Below, piece by piece: positions 61,695 to 64,000 of a DNA stretch of 64,000 nucleotides; positions within the stretch are counted from its first letter, which is position 1, and each line of letters begins with the position of its first letter. Origin of the DNA: Desulfobacterales bacterium (GTDB lineage: Bacteria > Desulfobacterota > Desulfobacteria > Desulfobacterales > UBA2174); the NCBI GenBank assembly GCA_963668645.2, contig CAXXWC010000008.1:96001-160000 (forward strand). The letters are read 5' to 3'. The notes beneath the pieces are model-generated. The model was not told the DNA's origin. It saw only the letters and a program-made list of their open reading frames with translations, and searched no databases. Position numbers and translations under genes: made by a program.

Positions 61695-62459
61695 ACCTAA
61701 CGCCTGCCAGGCGGCGCGCAGTTCATCGATATGGATCTGACCCGGGGCCGAGGAGCGGCAGCCGGCGGCAAAAGTCACGTCGGCGCCGAAAAGGCCGCCG
61801 ATGACGCGCGAAAGAACGCCTTCAGATCCCATGGCGATGGGGATCAGGGGGGTGGCCGGAATTCGGTTTCGGCAAATCCGGCTGGCTTGCAGCAGGGTCA
61901 GGACGTCATTCGGGTTTCGCGCCATGACCGCTGTTTTGGCCACGTCGGCGCCCAGGGTCCGGGCCTCGGCCAGCCGGGCGACGATGGTATCCGCATCCGG
62001 GGTCGACGCAAAGTCGTGGGATGAGAGGATCAGCTTGACGCCCCGGGGCCGGCATGCGTCTTTCAGGGCGGTGACCATCGGTTCGGGGTTGGCCAGCTCG
62101 GCATCCACAAGGTCGATGCGGCCCGAGGTGACCGCCGCCAGGTCGATGGCCAGCCGCGCTTCGGCGCTGATGGATTGCAGCCCCCCCTCGGCCTGGCGCC
62201 GGCAGGTAAAGATCAGGGGCAGATCCCCGATCACCCGGCGCAGGGCTTCGAGAACGACCGGCAGCGCTTCGGGTGCCGGAAGTGGCGTGAAACCGTCGAT
62301 GCGCCATTCCAGCAGATCCGGTCCAAGGGCGACGGCCTGGCGGGCTTGGTCGAGCAGATCCGTCTGGCCGGTGGCCACCAGGGGCAGGCAGATCAGGGGC
62401 CTGCTTCCCCCGATGGCGCGGCGGCGGATGATGAGCGGTGGCTGACACGGGATGCGCAT
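61671..62459 (-). CDS. aroD: Type I 3-dehydroquinate dehydratase
   Basis: EWRID, FTCRRQAEGG, SSHDF, KTAVM, IAMG, SAPGQ. Confidence 0.92.
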   Translation of the reverse strand: MRIPCQPPLIIRRRAIGGSRPLICLPLVATGQTDLLDQARQAVALGPDLLEWRIDGFTPLPAPEALPVVLEALRRVIGDLPLIFTCRRQAEGGLQSISAEARLAIDLAAVTSGRIDLVDAELANPEPMVTALKDACRPRGVKLILSSHDFASTPDADTIVARLAEARTLGADVAKTAVMARNPNDVLTLLQASRICRNRIPATPLIPIAMGSEGVLSRVIGGLFGADVTFAAGCRSSAPGQIHIDELRAAWQALGLFSIEPP

Positions 62460-62644
62460 GGCAGCTTTCGGTCAAAAATTTGAATGTGCCATGCCAGGCC
62501 AGCGACAAGCAGTCTTTACCTTTGGCGAGTGTTTGGTCTATCGTCTGGGTAAAGACCTGCGCGGCTCACCTCGGGCGGCACTCCAAGCGTTTTTAGGCTG
62601 ATTCAGGTCTTTTTTTTCGTAGATTTTGCACCTAGGAGACGATC

Positions 62645-63727
62645 ATGTCCAGCAGTTTCGGCACCCTGTTCAAGGTAACCACCTTCGGCGAGTCCCACGG
62701 CCGGGCCGTGGGAGCAGTTCTCGACGGGTGTCCGGCCGGCCTCTTTCTTGGCGAAGGCGACATCCAGGCCCAGCTCGACCGGCGCCGGCCGGGCCAGAGC
62801 GCCCTGAGCACCGAACGCGCCGAAGCCGACCGGGTGGCAATCCTCTCGGGGGTCGAGGGGGGCCGGACCCTGGGCACCCCTATCCTCATGCAGGTGGCCA
62901 ACAGCGACCAGCGCCCAGGCGACTACGCGGCCATGGAGGCTGTTCCGCGGCCTTCGCATGCCGACTTCACCTATGCGGCCAAGTACGGGGTCCGTGCCCG
63001 CAGCGGCGGGGGCCGGGCCAGCGCCCGGGAGACCATCGGCCGGGTGGCGGCCGGCGCGGTGGCCCAAAAATGGCTGGGTGAAACTTTTGGCATCGAAATC
63101 GTGGCATGGGTTGCAGCCGTGGGCGAAATTGAGGCTCCGGCGCCGGATGCCAGGGCGCTGACCCGCACGGCGGTGGATGCCAATCCGGTGCGCTGCCCGG
63201 ATCCGCCCGCAGCCGAAGCCATGGCCCAACTGATCCAGACCGTGCGCGAGGCCCGCGACTCGGTGGGCGGGGTGGTGGCCTGCGTCTGCCGCGGGGTGCC
63301 GCCTGGGCTGGGCGAGCCGATCTTCGACAAGTTCGAGGCCCTGCTGGCCCACGCCATGCTTTCGATTCCGGCCAGCAAGGGGTTCGAGGTCGGCTTGGGA
63401 TTCGGTGCGGCGCGCATGCGCGGCAGCCGGCACAACGACCCTTTCGTCTTTCAAGATGGCCGCCTGGCCACGGCCACCAACCACAGCGGCGGGATCCAGG
63501 GAGGGATCAGCAACGGGGAGGCGATTCTTTTCCGGGTGGCCTTCAAGCCGCCGGCCACCATCGGCCTGCCCCAGGCCACGGTCGATTTCCAGGGGCGGCC
63601 GGTCACCCTGGAAGCCCGGGGGCGCCACGATCCGTGCATCGTGCCCCGGGCCGTGCCCATCGTTGAGGCCATGGCGGCCCTGGTGACCGCCGACCTCATG
63701 CTGCGCCAGAACGCGAGGCGCCCATGA
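62645..63727 (+). CDS. aroC: Chorismate synthase
   Basis: [42 protein letters not shown]. Confidence 0.96.
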   Translation: MSSSFGTLFKVTTFGESHGRAVGAVLDGCPAGLFLGEGDIQAQLDRRRPGQSALSTERAEADRVAILSGVEGGRTLGTPILMQVANSDQRPGDYAAMEAVPRPSHADFTYAAKYGVRARSGGGRASARETIGRVAAGAVAQKWLGETFGIEIVAWVAAVGEIEAPAPDARALTRTAVDANPVRCPDPPAAEAMAQLIQTVREARDSVGGVVACVCRGVPPGLGEPIFDKFEALLAHAMLSIPASKGFEVGLGFGAARMRGSRHNDPFVFQDGRLATATNHSGGIQGGISNGEAILFRVAFKPPATIGLPQATVDFQGRPVTLEARGRHDPCIVPRAVPIVEAMAALVTADLMLRQNARRP

Positions 63728-64000
63728 AACCGGCGGCGCGTCTCAGCCGCCTGGCCGGATCGGCCACGGCGGACTTCATCCCCCGGATGCGGCGCCTTGC
63801 GGCCCAAGGGCGCGACGTGATCAACCTGGCCATCGGCGAACCCGAGTATTCCATGCCGCCGGCTATCGTGGCGGCCATGAATCGGGCCCTGGCCGAGGGT
63901 AAAACGCGCTACGACGCCGTGGCCGGGCTGGCGGCCCTGCGCCGGGGCCTGGCCCGCGGCTTCGAAGGGCTCGGCGAAGACCGGATCCTGATCACCAACG
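63724..64000 (+). CDS. Class I/II PLP aminotransferase (aspartate/prephenate type), 5' part, cut by the window edge
   Basis: [10 protein letters not shown]...[14 protein letters not shown]...[15 protein letters not shown]...ILITN; ATG overlaps the aroC stop. Confidence 0.85.
   Translation, partial: MKPAARLSRLAGSATADFIPRMRRLAAQGRDVINLAIGEPEYSMPPAIVAAMNRALAEGKTRYDAVAGLAALRRGLARGFEGLGEDRILITN

Overview
A GC-rich bacterial chromosome segment. Gene content (sigma-54 promoters, TRAP and LIV transporters, glnD-amtB-PII-glnA) suggests an anaerobic deltaproteobacterium such as a Desulfobacterales member; this is inference only. In order, the window holds: (1) a TauBC-like ABC transporter, a taurine-pyruvate-type aminotransferase and a GntR regulator; (2) an AsnC-ord-ortA-ortB-TRAP-D-aminoacylase catabolic operon with no ornithine aminomutase in the window; (3) a visibly AT-richer accessory island at about 13.6-21.3 kb, carrying an orphan DNA methyltransferase, decayed genes, a signal peptidase I and a rhombosortase/GlyGly-CTERM lipoprotein pair; (4) at the end of that island, a sigma-54-driven RiPP-like locus made of a 91-aa precursor with four X-Y-G-[G/A]-P-C repeats and a radical SAM/SPASM-TPR enzyme; (5) an RpiR-M20 hydrolase-GS-like-LIV-MmgE/PrpD operon; (6) a sigma-54 GcvT-family dehydrogenase-EtfBA-amidohydrolase operon; (7) a TonB receptor plus an atypical ZnuABC-like uptake operon behind a structured terminator leader; (8) tandem Hsp20 genes, a racemase and an M23 peptidase; (9) the nitrogen assimilation operon; (10) a complete shikimate pathway cluster preceded by a Phe/Trp/Tyr-rich leader peptide with attenuator geometry. 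Eight single-base +1 frameshifts in six genes look like sequencing artefacts. The two strongest leads are the multicore YG[GA]PC precursor/rSAM pair and the aromatic leader-peptide attenuator. All family assignments come from recognised motifs; no database search was run.
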